Shown: positions 1-10,587, counted from the first letter of the stretch. The stretch: 64,000 bases of DNA from Candidatus Latescibacterota bacterium (GCA_965219995.1 CBDCOX010000002.1:832001-896000), one strand, 5' to 3'. Made by a program: numbers and translations. The notes: generated from the letters alone by a model not told the origin.

Positions 1-96
1 TATATTGGTAGACGTCGACAACGCCTCTCAGGCAGTGCTTCCGGGACACCTGCTCCCGGCACGGCGGCGAGTCGATGACACGTAACGGAGACGACT

Positions 97-1863
97 GTGG
101 AAACTCGTGCGAGAACCGAAAACTTCCGAAAGCTGCTGCAATTCGTCCGGCCGCATGCCGCGAGGCTGACCGGCGCGCTGGGTCTGACTGTGCTGCTGGC
201 GATTCTGGGTATGGCGCCGCCATTGATCGTCATGTACATCGTCGACGAGGTGATCGTAGCGGGCCGCTGGGACATGCTGGAGCTTGCGGTCACGGTACTG
301 GTAGCCGTGCCGGTCCTCACGGCCGGTCTGCGCGTGGCAAACGCGTTTACGCTCTCTTACGTCTCGCATCGATTGATCATGAATGTTCGACTGTCGATGT
401 ACGAGCACGTGTTCCGGCTGGCCCTGAGGTTTCATGACGAGATGGGTACGGGAAAGGTGATGTCCCGGATGATGGGGGACGTCGCAACGGTTCGGCAGAT
501 GGTAACGATGCAGATGTTGCGCATCGTGACGGATCTGATATCGATCGTCGCGGCGCTGGGTATCTGTTACGGGCTGAACTGGAAACTTGCGCTGCTGATG
601 ACGATACTGATGCCGCTGTACATCATCAACTACAGAATCTTTATAGGTCCGATACGCACGTCCAGGCGCCGGTGGCGGGAGAAAATGGACGACGTGTCGG
701 TCGGGCTTCAGGAGCGCCTGAGCGGAGCGAAACTGGTGAAGGCCTATGGCCGGGAAAAACGGGAAAACAGGGCCTTCGCCGAGGAAACCCGATCGGGCCT
801 GGACTTCGCCATGGAGACGGAGACACATCGCGCGTCGGCGCGTTCCGGCTTCTGGGTGGTATCGGGCGTCCGCAACACGCTGATTTTCTGCCTGGGGTGC
901 TATTTCGTCATCCAGGGCGACATGACCTATGGCGGCGTGATGGCTTTTCTGGCGTACGCGATGCGGGTCTTCGAGCCGGTATTGAATCTGATGAACGTGG
1001 GCATTCAGATCGAGGACATGCTGGTTTCGGTAGATCGGATATACGAGATTCTGGACCATCCGGTTGAAATCCGGGATGCTCCCGACGCGGTGGACCTCCC
1101 AGACATTCAAGGGCGGGTCGTATTCGACAACGTGGGATTCGAATACAAAGCAGGTGAGCCCGTGCTGAAGAACATCTGTATTGACGTCCGGCCAGGGCAG
1201 ATGGTTGCGCTGGTCGGTCACACCGGGTGCGGCAAGACAACGCTGACCAGCCTTCTCATGCGATACTATGACGTCACGGAAGGCGCGATTCGCGTTGATG
1301 GACACGATATCCGGAAGGTAAGGATCAGATCCCTCAGGAAACAGGTGGGACAGGTGCTGCAGGACTCCGTGCTCTTCGACACGACGCTCAGGGAAAACCT
1401 CAGTTACGGCAAACCGGACGCGCCCGAAGCGGAATTGATCGAAGCGGCGCGCGTTGGTGAAATTCACGAATTCACGATGCGAACGCGGGACGGATACGAT
1501 ACCCGGATCGGAGACGATGGAATCAAGCTTTCCGTGGGAGAGAAGCAGAGGCTGTCGATTGCGAGGGCGGTGCTTACACATCCCGCGATCCTGATTCTGG
1601 ATGAGGCGACTTCGTCTCTGGATTCGCTTTCGGAGGCCCTGATTCAGAAGGCGATGGCCGCCGTCCTGAAGGATCGTACTTCGTTCGTCATCGCACACAG
1701 GCTGTCCACCGTATTAACGGCCGACCTGATCATCGTCATGGACCGGGGGGAGATCGTTGAACGGGGCACGCACGACGCGCTGATGCAAGTACCGGATGGA
1801 CACTACCGGCGCCTCGTCCAGCAGCAGTTTGCAGAAGTCGATTCGGGGGCCGCCGCGGTCTGA
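97..1863 (+). CDS. ABC exporter, fused permease + ATPase (MsbA/TM288-like), subunit 1 of a heterodimer
   Basis: Hydrophobic N-terminal half; Walker A GHTGCGKT, signature LSVGEKQR, Walker B ILILDEATS, H-loop IAHRLST. Confidence 0.93.
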   Translation: METRARTENFRKLLQFVRPHAARLTGALGLTVLLAILGMAPPLIVMYIVDEVIVAGRWDMLELAVTVLVAVPVLTAGLRVANAFTLSYVSHRLIMNVRLSMYEHVFRLALRFHDEMGTGKVMSRMMGDVATVRQMVTMQMLRIVTDLISIVAALGICYGLNWKLALLMTILMPLYIINYRIFIGPIRTSRRRWREKMDDVSVGLQERLSGAKLVKAYGREKRENRAFAEETRSGLDFAMETETHRASARSGFWVVSGVRNTLIFCLGCYFVIQGDMTYGGVMAFLAYAMRVFEPVLNLMNVGIQIEDMLVSVDRIYEILDHPVEIRDAPDAVDLPDIQGRVVFDNVGFEYKAGEPVLKNICIDVRPGQMVALVGHTGCGKTTLTSLLMRYYDVTEGAIRVDGHDIRKVRIRSLRKQVGQVLQDSVLFDTTLRENLSYGKPDAPEAELIEAARVGEIHEFTMRTRDGYDTRIGDDGIKLSVGEKQRLSIARAVLTHPAILILDEATSSLDSLSEALIQKAMAAVLKDRTSFVIAHRLSTVLTADLIIVMDRGEIVERGTHDALMQVPDGHYRRLVQQQFAEVDSGAAAV

Positions 1864-1895
1864 AACCCGTAAGCACCCCCGGTTTCCATAAACGC

Positions 1896-3818
1896 ATGTT
1901 CTCATCCGGCATGAACCCGTATCTCAAACGATTCGTAAGGATTTATATCCGGCCGTTCTGGCTCCGGGTCGCCCTGGTGATGGGACTCGCGGGGATCACG
2001 GGATCCTATTTCTATATCCTGGGTTTCATCACCAAGAAAACCGTGGATGACGTGCTTCAGATCCGGTCGGAGTCGGACGTGGAAGAGGTTGCCGACACCC
2101 CGGCCCCTGCACAGGTGCGGCCGATGAACGCCGCAAGGGATCACCGAATCGATCGCGATCCGCATCGGGTGTTGCCGCACGGCTGGGACACCGATCGTCC
2201 GACGCCCGTCAAGACCCGTTCTGAGAAGATCAGGTGGCTCTGGGTCGTGTTCGGCGTCTATCTGGCCGTGCGCTTTCTTTTTTCCGGGATGAACTGGTTT
2301 TTCAACTATAATATCGCGTTTGTTGGCAATCGGATCGTCTACCACGTTCGATTGGACCTTCACCAGAAGATCCAGAAACTGCAGATGGCCTTTTTCGACC
2401 GCAAACAGGTCGGCAAGATCATGTCGCGCATTCTGGACGATGTGCAACTGTTGCAAAGCGAGGTGACGACGACGTTCGTGGAGACCATCGGGCACCTGGC
2501 GAAGATTGTGATCGGCGTTGTGGTTCTGCTGCTGATTAACGTGAAACTCGCCGCCTTTGCGCTGCTGGCGCTCCCGCTTTACGTAATCGCTTACAGGACG
2601 TTCCAGCGCCCGATCTCTGAGACGTTCGCACGGATGAGGGAAGCCTACTCCGACACCTACGGCGCGCTGGAAGAACGGGTCCGGGGGATTCGGGTGGTGT
2701 ATTCCTTTACGAATGAACGCACGGAACGAAGGTTGTTCTTTAGACGGCTGGCATCCATTTTCAGGCTTTCAGTGAAGAATTCGATGCTGAACGCCAGCCT
2801 GCGCGCGGTCTGCGCGGCCTTCGGAGCCGCGGCGGGCGCGCTGATGCTCTACTGGGGAACGCTGATGGTTCGCGACGGGAGCATGACGGTGGGCGAGTTG
2901 ATATATTTCAATATGTCCCTCTCCAATCTGTTCATGCCTCTGGTGGCGCTCACCAACGTAAACGTGGTCATCAGACAGATGACGGTCGTGATATCCCGGG
3001 TTTTCGAAGTACTGGACGAGGAGATATTGATAAAGGACCGCCCGGGCGCGGTCGCGCTGAAACGCGTGCGGGGACGGGTGGTGTTCCGGAACGTCTGGTT
3101 CCAATACAATGCGCTCGCTGACGCCGTGATAAAGGACCTGACGTTCTCGGTAAGGCCCGGCATGTCCGTGGCGGTCGTGGGGCCTTCCGGCGCCGGCAAG
3201 AGCACACTCCTCAGCCTGTTGCTGAGGCTCTACGAACCCACGCGCGGCAGCATTCTGCTGGACGACTACAATCTTCAGGACCTCCGACTTGCCAGCATCC
3301 GGCGGCACATCAGCATGGTGCCTCAGGAGCCCGTACTGTTCTCGGGGACCATTTCACAAAACATCGTTTACGGCAGAGACGGCGCAACGCCGGACCAGAT
3401 CATGGAAGCCGCCAGGCGCGCCGAGTTGCACGACTTCATCATGGGCCAGCCCGAGAAATATGAGTCCAGGGTCGAAGAGGGCGGAGGCAACCTGTCCGGC
3501 GGCCAGAAGCAGCGGCTGGCCCTGGCGATGGCGATTCTGACCGATCCCGCCATACTGATCCTCGACGACACGACGTCGGCCCTGGACGCGGGAACCGAAG
3601 CCCGGATCCAGAAAACCCTGGATCGGGTCATGGACGGACGCACGACATTCGTGATCACGCATCGGATATCGACAGCGACCCGTGCGGACCGGATTCTGGT
3701 ACTCGAGAACGGGCAGATGGCGGGATGGGGGACCCACGAGGAATTGCTGTCTCAGGGCGGGGTATACGGTCGGCTATTTGAAGAGCAACAGAGACCGGCG
3801 GCGGAGTTTACGGGATAG
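1896..3818 (+). CDS. ABC exporter, fused permease + ATPase (TM287-like), subunit 2 of a heterodimer
   Basis: Walker A GPSGAGKS, signature LSGGQKQR, Walker B ILILDDTTS; tandem with the previous gene. Confidence 0.93.
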   Translation: MFSSGMNPYLKRFVRIYIRPFWLRVALVMGLAGITGSYFYILGFITKKTVDDVLQIRSESDVEEVADTPAPAQVRPMNAARDHRIDRDPHRVLPHGWDTDRPTPVKTRSEKIRWLWVVFGVYLAVRFLFSGMNWFFNYNIAFVGNRIVYHVRLDLHQKIQKLQMAFFDRKQVGKIMSRILDDVQLLQSEVTTTFVETIGHLAKIVIGVVVLLLINVKLAAFALLALPLYVIAYRTFQRPISETFARMREAYSDTYGALEERVRGIRVVYSFTNERTERRLFFRRLASIFRLSVKNSMLNASLRAVCAAFGAAAGALMLYWGTLMVRDGSMTVGELIYFNMSLSNLFMPLVALTNVNVVIRQMTVVISRVFEVLDEEILIKDRPGAVALKRVRGRVVFRNVWFQYNALADAVIKDLTFSVRPGMSVAVVGPSGAGKSTLLSLLLRLYEPTRGSILLDDYNLQDLRLASIRRHISMVPQEPVLFSGTISQNIVYGRDGATPDQIMEAARRAELHDFIMGQPEKYESRVEEGGGNLSGGQKQRLALAMAILTDPAILILDDTTSALDAGTEARIQKTLDRVMDGRTTFVITHRISTATRADRILVLENGQMAGWGTHEELLSQGGVYGRLFEEQQRPAAEFTG

Positions 3819-3930
3819 GTGGCATGCGGAACGGCAGGGTGCGATTCAATGGACGATGTATCGACGCGGTGGGTGGAAGAATCAGCCGGGAGCGCCGGCA
3901 GTCTGCATCGGCCCGGGACATCGCAGGGTT

Positions 3931-4704
3931 TCAGTCGCCTGCGGACTCCAGCCGAACCAGCAGGGTTTCGTCCTCGCCACTGTATTTCTTGACGCACAGG
4001 TCGCAATCCGGACAGGGGCGGTTGTAGCAGTTCTTGTGTACCCGGATCGGGTATTGGTGCTGAAACGCCTCGGAACAGTGTTTTGAACAGAAAATGTAGC
4101 GGTCCTGAAAGCTGCCGAACGCGGCGTAGACGACGATGACTTCCTCCTCAGCCTGCGTCAGGCCCTTCTCGCACCAGCTGCAGATACCGGCCTGCTCGCG
4201 TGCGCGGGCGGTGCGCTTTTTTTCTATTTCCTCATCGGACCAGACGTATTCTATGTGCTGGACGTTGTCTTTGGTGACTTTCGCGCGCACCACGCCGTCC
4301 GTAATGCCCAGGATATAGTCGCCCTGGGTATCGAACGTGGTGCCGCATTCGATGTTGCGCCCGGTTTTGAGATGTATGATGGACTTGCCCTCTTCCGGTG
4401 AGATGAACGAAAACCAGCCGCAACTTGCGCAGACACTGGTGAAGAGGAACTGTTGCGTCTTTTGGCCGCAGGCCGGGCAACGGCCTTCTTCCATCATCCT
4501 GATGTCCTGGAGCGTGGCTTTGGCGGCCTTCTTGACAGCGGCGTTGATTTCCTCCATGGTCTCGTCGAGGTCGTCCGCGTCCTTCTCGGAAAGAAGATTC
4601 ATGGCTTCTTCGGCTTCTTCCGCCTGTCGCTCGATGACGATCTGCCTCTCGCGACTCGATGCCGGATGATCTTCCTCGTCACGCTTGAAGATACCCTTGA
4701 GCAT
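3931..4704 (-). CDS. Cys-rich hypothetical protein (zinc ribbon + TRASH/YHS-like + C-terminal Cys cluster)
   Basis: ATG at 4704 after GAGGTG RBS; motifs CPAC..CASC, CSWC..FCSKHC, CYNRPCPDCDLC. Confidence 0.8.
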   Translation of the reverse strand: MLKGIFKRDEEDHPASSRERQIVIERQAEEAEEAMNLLSEKDADDLDETMEEINAAVKKAAKATLQDIRMMEEGRCPACGQKTQQFLFTSVCASCGWFSFISPEEGKSIIHLKTGRNIECGTTFDTQGDYILGITDGVVRAKVTKDNVQHIEYVWSDEEIEKKRTARAREQAGICSWCEKGLTQAEEEVIVVYAAFGSFQDRYIFCSKHCSEAFQHQYPIRVHKNCYNRPCPDCDLCVKKYSGEDETLLVRLESAGD

Positions 4705-4874
4705 AAGGCTACACCTCAATCCCTGGCTTGATCGAACCGGTTTTTTCCAACGCTGGCTTCGCAAGGGGAAACGCGGTCTTCCGCTATCGCGTCCTCCGGT
4801 CCGAAACCTTGTGTTTTCCGTTCAGGCGGTGCCCCTTCAATCGAAAAACGAAGGGCACCGACTTCCCTGGATTG

Positions 4875-4903
4875 AATATAACGACGGTTCATCGATAAGT
4901 CAA
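4875..4903 (-). promoter_or_regulatory. sigma70-type promoter for the Cys-rich gene
   Basis: Minus strand TTGACT-N17-TATATT. Confidence 0.6.
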
Positions 4904-4936
4904 TTCTGCGAACGCGAACCGTCCTGTTTTCGATAT

Positions 4937-5707
4937 TCACAGGCGCCGCAGATGGAAACCGCCGTCGACGGGAATCGCCGCGCCGGTCGTGAAGTCGAAA
5001 TAGCCCAGTGCGACAGCGGCTACCGCTTTCCCGACGTCATCGGGCAGGCCCCACCGTCTGATGGGGGTAAGGCCTTCCGCGATCCGCCGGTCGTACAGCG
5101 CCCTGACCGGGCCCGTCATATCCGTCTTGATGACGCCCGGTTGGATCTCGTTGACGGTGATTCCGTACTCTGCCAATCTGACGGCGAACAGTGCGGTCAT
5201 CATGCTTAGGCCGGCCTTGGACACACAATACTCGCCCCTGCTGGTGGAACTTGCGAACGCCGAAATCGACGTGACGTTGACGATTCTGGCCTTCGGCACG
5301 ATCTCATTCCTGGTAAGATGGATCATGTGGCTGGCCGCTTGCTGGGTGAGAAAGTAAGGGCCTTTGAGGTTGGTATTCAGAACTTCGTCGTAACTTTCGA
5401 GTGTGGCTTCCAGAATATCCGCGCGAGTCCGCGGGGCGATCCCGGCGTTGTTTACGAGCAGGTCGATCCGGCCGTACGCGTCCATGGTGAAATCAATAAG
5501 GCGCTTGCATTCCTCCGGAACCGCAACCGACGCCCTGCAGATTCGCGGCCGCCGGCTTCTTTTCCGGATCTCGTCGGCCGTCTGCCTTGCGGCATCCCGA
5601 TTGCTATTGTAATTGACGACGATGTCATAGCCGACGTCTGCCAGACAACAGGCAATGGCCCGGCCGATACCCCGGCTCGAGCCCGTAACGAGTGCGACTG
5701 GGGCCAT
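4937..5707 (-). CDS. SDR oxidoreductase (3-ketoacyl-ACP reductase-like)
   Basis: VTGSSRGIG, NNAG, YCVSK catalytic motif, VDGG; ATG at 5707. Confidence 0.9.
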   Translation of the reverse strand: MAPVALVTGSSRGIGRAIACCLADVGYDIVVNYNSNRDAARQTADEIRKRSRRPRICRASVAVPEECKRLIDFTMDAYGRIDLLVNNAGIAPRTRADILEATLESYDEVLNTNLKGPYFLTQQAASHMIHLTRNEIVPKARIVNVTSISAFASSTSRGEYCVSKAGLSMMTALFAVRLAEYGITVNEIQPGVIKTDMTGPVRALYDRRIAEGLTPIRRWGLPDDVGKAVAAVALGYFDFTTGAAIPVDGGFHLRRL

Positions 5708-5858
5708 GGTCTTTTCCTGGCTGACGTTGTGGGAGTCCCGGGACGGAACCGCATTCAATGTGAGTCGCACTAAAGATATGAATTTCTCTGCAAGGTTGTG
5801 TTTTTTTTGCTGACCGGATGAAGCAACAAAATCTGGAATTTCACCAGGGAGGCACGCG

Positions 5859-6629
5859 ATGGATGAGACAGAAGCAGGACGGGTCGAGGGGCGGGTGGCC
5901 ATTGTCACCGGGGCATCTTCGGGTATTGGCGAGGCAACGGCGTTCCTGCTGGCCGCTGAAGGGGCACGCGTCGCCGTGGTCGACGTGGACGAGGAGGGCG
6001 GTCTGCGCACGGTGGCCAGGATCTCAGCCGCCGGGGGAGAGGCTGTCTTTGTCGAAGCGGACGTGAGCGAGGCCGGGCCGGTGCGGCAGATGGTCGCACA
6101 GACGATGGATGCATTCGGCAGACTGGATATCCTGCACAACAATGCGATCTGGTACCGCAATGCGCCGGCCACCGAGATGGAGGAATCCGTGTGGGACAGG
6201 ACGTTGAACACGGGGTTGAAGGCGGTCTATCTGGCCGCGAGGTACGCCATACCGGCAATGTTGAGGACCGGCGGCGGTTCGATCGTCAACACGGGTTCGG
6301 TACACTCCCTGGTCGGGTTCGAGACCAACACGGCTTACGATGCCGCCAAAGCCGGAGTACTGGGCATTACACGGGTCCTGGCGCTGGATTACGGCCCCGA
6401 AATCCGTGTGAACGCCGTGCTGCCGGGAGCGATTCAGACGCCGCTCTGGGATCGAATTGACGTCCCCGCCGATGAACGTCGCAGATTGGCGGAAATGGTT
6501 CCGGCCAAACGGGTCGGCACCCCGGACGATATCGCGTCCGCCGTGCTTTTTCTTGTCTCCGGCGAAGCATCGTTCATTACAGGCACGTCGCTCGTCGTGG
6601 ACGGTGGTCTGCTGGCGCGAACGATGTGA
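5859..6629 (+). CDS. SDR oxidoreductase
   Basis: VTGASSGIG, HNNA, YDAAK, VDGG; GGAGG RBS. Confidence 0.92.
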   Translation: MDETEAGRVEGRVAIVTGASSGIGEATAFLLAAEGARVAVVDVDEEGGLRTVARISAAGGEAVFVEADVSEAGPVRQMVAQTMDAFGRLDILHNNAIWYRNAPATEMEESVWDRTLNTGLKAVYLAARYAIPAMLRTGGGSIVNTGSVHSLVGFETNTAYDAAKAGVLGITRVLALDYGPEIRVNAVLPGAIQTPLWDRIDVPADERRRLAEMVPAKRVGTPDDIASAVLFLVSGEASFITGTSLVVDGGLLARTM

Positions 6630-6689
6630 GGCGCACTGGCGAAGCGCCGGTTGCATTTGCCGCTCCGGATCGCCGGATGTGCACCCGGA

Positions 6690-8432
6690 CTACGCGGCGG
6701 CATCCCCGGCGGAGTCCCTGATCCGGGCCGTTGCCGGGCCGTCCACGTCGAACGCGTCCGGCCTGATGACAACGCCGTATTCCGTTTCGGCGGCCTCCCT
6801 TTGGAAATACCCGCGCTTCACGTCTTCCAGCACCGCCATTGCCGGACGCAGATAAGGGGCGCCGTACCCGCCGCCGCCCGGGGTTTCAAGGCGGAGGCAA
6901 TCGCCTTCGACCATATGAACGCCTTCGTCCTTTGTGATATGCGGTGGACGGTACGCATTGCCGCGCAGGGTGAAGGTGTGTTGCGCCGGCATTCCCGGTT
7001 TCCCGCCGTGCACGCCGAAGGGTCGAAACCGTCCCCGGTCTCCGAGCAGAGAGGCGCTGGCCTCGCCGCGCCGGAGAAGGAACTCGAGCACCACGCCGAA
7101 TCCACCCCGCCGACAGCCGGGTCCTCCGGAGTCCTCGCGCAGGGCATACGTTTTGAAGAGAACCGGATACCTGGATTCGAAGATCTCGAGCGCCTGCGTG
7201 CGGGCGACGGCGATCGTGGGGTTGCCGTTGGTGAGCCCGTCTGTCATGTAATTACCGCCGTAGCCCCCGCCAATGAAGGAGTAGAAGACGAAATACCCTC
7301 TTTCGGGATCGTCTCCGCCGACGGAGAGATTCGTGACGGTCCCCATGGGTCCCGCGTAACAGCGGTCCGGCAAGGCCCGGCTCATTGCGCCCAGCACGGC
7401 GTCGATCATGCGCTGGCAGACTTCCGCCGCGCAGCCCGAGACCGGACGCGGCGGCAGGGCGTGGAGGAAGGTGGTGGATGGGATATTGAAGGAAAAGGGA
7501 TTGAAACAGCCCCTGTTGATGGGAACGTCCGGGAAAAAATGCTTGAAGGCGATGTACACGCCGGCCATGGTCGTACTCAGGACGCTGTTGAGCGGCCCTC
7601 GACAGGGCGGGCTGCTGTCCGAGAGGTCAATATGGACGCTGTCGCCGTCAACAGTCATCTCGAGATGGATATGCAGCGGTTGCCAATCCACGCCGTCACT
7701 GTCCATATACTCGTCGAAGCAGTACCTCCCGTCGGGAATGGTCGAGATATGTTTCCGCATCAGCCGTTCGGAACGAATCTCCAATTCGCCGACGGCCTCG
7801 AGCACGGTCGCTTCGCCGTATCGATCCAGCAGGGCTTCCAGACGATCCGCGCCGAGGTTCAGGGATGCCACCTGCGCGATGATATCTCCCTGACGTTCGT
7901 CGGGCACGCGCACGTTGTGCAGAATGACGTCGACCACGTCCCGATTGAGCCTGCCTTCGTCCATGAGCCTGAGCGGCGGCAGCCGCAAACCTTCCTGGTA
8001 TACTTCCGTGGCTTTCGTGGAAAAACCGCCGGGAACGCGCCCTCCAATGTCCGGCCAGTGTCCGCTGTTGGCCAGATAGAAGGCAAGTTTGTTCCGGTAG
8101 AAGAAAGGTTTGATCAGTTTCACATCCATCAGATGGGTGCCGCCGAGGTAGGGGTCATTGACAATGTAGACGTCGCCATCGGCGGGCTCGGTAAAGTGGG
8201 TGATCGTAGAGCGCACCGTGTGTTGCATCACGCAGATGAAATTCGGCAGGCCGCGCGGCCCCTGCACGATGACCGAGCCGTCGCCGGCGGCATAGATGCC
8301 GCTGGCGCGGTCAAAACCGTCTGAAATCACCGGTGAGAACGCCATGCGTTCCAGCGTGGCATCCATTTCATCGGCGATTTGTTCCAGGCTGCCGCGGATG
8401 ACAGCCAGTGTGATCGGATCCATTGCAGACAT
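6690..8432 (-). CDS. Hydantoinase B / 5-oxoprolinase B family protein
   Basis: MDPITLAVI, AFSPVI, NDPYLGGTHLMD, HWPDIGG, YQEGL, TPGGGGYG; start 8432 or 8423. Confidence 0.92.
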   Translation of the reverse strand: MSAMDPITLAVIRGSLEQIADEMDATLERMAFSPVISDGFDRASGIYAAGDGSVIVQGPRGLPNFICVMQHTVRSTITHFTEPADGDVYIVNDPYLGGTHLMDVKLIKPFFYRNKLAFYLANSGHWPDIGGRVPGGFSTKATEVYQEGLRLPPLRLMDEGRLNRDVVDVILHNVRVPDERQGDIIAQVASLNLGADRLEALLDRYGEATVLEAVGELEIRSERLMRKHISTIPDGRYCFDEYMDSDGVDWQPLHIHLEMTVDGDSVHIDLSDSSPPCRGPLNSVLSTTMAGVYIAFKHFFPDVPINRGCFNPFSFNIPSTTFLHALPPRPVSGCAAEVCQRMIDAVLGAMSRALPDRCYAGPMGTVTNLSVGGDDPERGYFVFYSFIGGGYGGNYMTDGLTNGNPTIAVARTQALEIFESRYPVLFKTYALREDSGGPGCRRGGFGVVLEFLLRRGEASASLLGDRGRFRPFGVHGGKPGMPAQHTFTLRGNAYRPPHITKDEGVHMVEGDCLRLETPGGGGYGAPYLRPAMAVLEDVKRGYFQREAAETEYGVVIRPDAFDVDGPATARIRDSAGDAAA

Positions 8433-8490
8433 GCTCCCGATTGGAGTATGGCAGGCGGACGCAGACAGGATGGACTTTATCAACGGGCTG

Positions 8491-10587
8491 CTAAGGCGGA
8501 GCGCGGCGTCGATCCGCCGGTCGGATGGTTTCGACGAGAAAGCTGCCGCCATCCAACACGCTGGCGCGACTGGAGGGATCCAGCCAGACGGTCGTATCGG
8601 ACTGTTCGATGACGGCCGGACCGGTAAATTCGGAACCCCAGGGAATCCTGGAACGCTCGTACGTGGGGCACCGGACGAACGCGTCGTGGACCCAGACGTC
8701 TCGGCTGCCCTTGTACGCCTGATCCAGCGTTGTCGGGGGCGGGGTCAGCAGCGAGCCAAGAGCGCGGTGTTTCCTCACGCCGATTACGGAGGTCCTCAGG
8801 TTCAGCAGTCGAACGGGGATGCCGTCCAGCAGAGCCTCCAGACCGTCGAACCCGCTGTGCGCACTTCCGTAACGCTGAAGGTACGACGCCCTGAAGCGCA
8901 TCGCGATGCGTTCGGGGCTTGTATCGCCGTCCGGCAAAAGGGTGCGGATCACGTGGGTCTGGCCTTCGTACGCGATGTCGGCTTCACGTAACAGATGAAT
9001 ACGGCTCAGGGGAAGGGTCACCTGCTTCAGGAATGCATTTCCACGCGCCAGGTCTTCTTCGAAGATACGCCGGACTTCGCTGGTGTCCAGCTCGTCGAGA
9101 CGGCGGTTGACCATCGTTACGTAGTCGCGCTTCACGTCCGCGATCGCGCAGCCCCACGCGGATGCGAGGCCAGGGTGAAAGGGGACGAGCCCGCGTGGGA
9201 TACCGAGTTCGTCCATCAGAAAGCCCACCAGCAGGGGACCGCTTCCGCCAAAGGCGAAAAGGGCGAAGTCTCTTGGGTCCCGGCCGCGATCGATGGAGAT
9301 TCGCCGGAGGCTGCCGGCGATGCGGTTGTTGGTTACGGCGACGACGGCCTGTGCCGCCGCCTCGGTCGAGAGGCCGAGAGGACCGCCGACGTGGGCTTCC
9401 AGCGCCAACCTCGCTTTCGGCAGGTCGAACGAAAACCCCGCCTGGCCGGCGATGGGGTATTCCGGATTGATTCGGCCCAGCACGAGGTTCGCATCGGTTA
9501 ACGTTGGCAGACGGCCGCCTCTTCCGTAACAGGCCGGTCCCGGATCCGCACCGGCGCTCTCCGGGCCGACTTGAAGGATGCCGCCCTCGTCGATGCGCGC
9601 AATGCTGCCGCCGCCCGCGCCGACGGTCTGGATGTCGACCATGGAAAGCAGGATTGGAATGCCGAAATCCAGCTCAGTTCCGTGAGCCTGCACAGGAATG
9701 CCGTCCGTGATCAGCGAGACGTCCAGGCTGGTGCCGCCCATATCGTAGGCAATGAGATTGCGGATTTCGCTCTCCGCGGCGATGGCCGTCGCGGCGATAA
9801 CGCCCGCCGCCGGCCCCGAAAGCACGGTCTGAACCGCGTATCGACCGGCTTCGTCGGCAGGCACCATGCCACCGTTGGATTGCATGACGAGCAGATCGGT
9901 ACGATAGCCCCTGCGCGTCAGGCTTCGTTCCAGATTGGCCAGATAGCGGCTGACAACGGGTTGGACGTACGCGTTCACTACGGCCGTGCTGGTGCGTTCG
10001 AATTCCCGGATGAGCGGCAGGATCTCCGCGGATGCGACCACGTGCAGATCCGGGTAGCGTTTCTCAATGAGCGATTTCGCTTGCCGCTCGTGGATCGGGT
10101 TGGCGTACGAGTTCATAAACGAGACGACGATCGCGTCGACGTTTTTCGCCGCAAGCTCCTCCGCGCAGGAGATGACCGCATCCTCGTCGAGCGGAACCAG
10201 CACGTCGCCCTCGGCCGAAATACGCTCCGCCACCTCCAGTCGGCGGTCCCGGGGAATGAGAGGTTCATAGGTCCCGGTAAGACCGTAGAGATGGGGCCGG
10301 TCCCGTCGACGGAGTTCCAGAATATCTCGGAAACCCTCGGTGGCGATCAGGCCGCACAACCCGCCCTTGCGTTCCAGGACCGCATTCGTTGCAACGGTCG
10401 TTCCGTGGATGACCAGTTCGATTTCGCCGCCGGCGGCGCCGAGTGCATCCAGCCCTTCAATCAATCCCTGTGACGGATCTTCCGGCGTCGTCGGGACTTT
10501 CCCCACGATCAGGGACGGCCCGGCGTCATCCAGAATGAGCATGTCCGTAAACGTCCCACCTATGTCGACACCGACAATCCGTGACAT
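8491..10587 (-). CDS. Hydantoinase A / 5-oxoprolinase A family protein
   Basis: GVDIGGTFTD, HGTTVATN, SGPAAG, DMGGTS, GAGGGSIA, GPACYGRGG; ATG at 10587. Confidence 0.93.
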   Translation of the reverse strand: MSRIVGVDIGGTFTDMLILDDAGPSLIVGKVPTTPEDPSQGLIEGLDALGAAGGEIELVIHGTTVATNAVLERKGGLCGLIATEGFRDILELRRRDRPHLYGLTGTYEPLIPRDRRLEVAERISAEGDVLVPLDEDAVISCAEELAAKNVDAIVVSFMNSYANPIHERQAKSLIEKRYPDLHVVASAEILPLIREFERTSTAVVNAYVQPVVSRYLANLERSLTRRGYRTDLLVMQSNGGMVPADEAGRYAVQTVLSGPAAGVIAATAIAAESEIRNLIAYDMGGTSLDVSLITDGIPVQAHGTELDFGIPILLSMVDIQTVGAGGGSIARIDEGGILQVGPESAGADPGPACYGRGGRLPTLTDANLVLGRINPEYPIAGQAGFSFDLPKARLALEAHVGGPLGLSTEAAAQAVVAVTNNRIAGSLRRISIDRGRDPRDFALFAFGGSGPLLVGFLMDELGIPRGLVPFHPGLASAWGCAIADVKRDYVTMVNRRLDELDTSEVRRIFEEDLARGNAFLKQVTLPLSRIHLLREADIAYEGQTHVIRTLLPDGDTSPERIAMRFRASYLQRYGSAHSGFDGLEALLDGIPVRLLNLRTSVIGVRKHRALGSLLTPPPTTLDQAYKGSRDVWVHDAFVRCPTYERSRIPWGSEFTGPAVIEQSDTTVWLDPSSRASVLDGGSFLVETIRPADRRRAPP

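Noticed and set aside
1-78. Possible 3' end of an upstream CDS (frame 1, stop at 76-78)
   Set aside because: Only 25 codons with no recognisable motif; cannot be supported from this window
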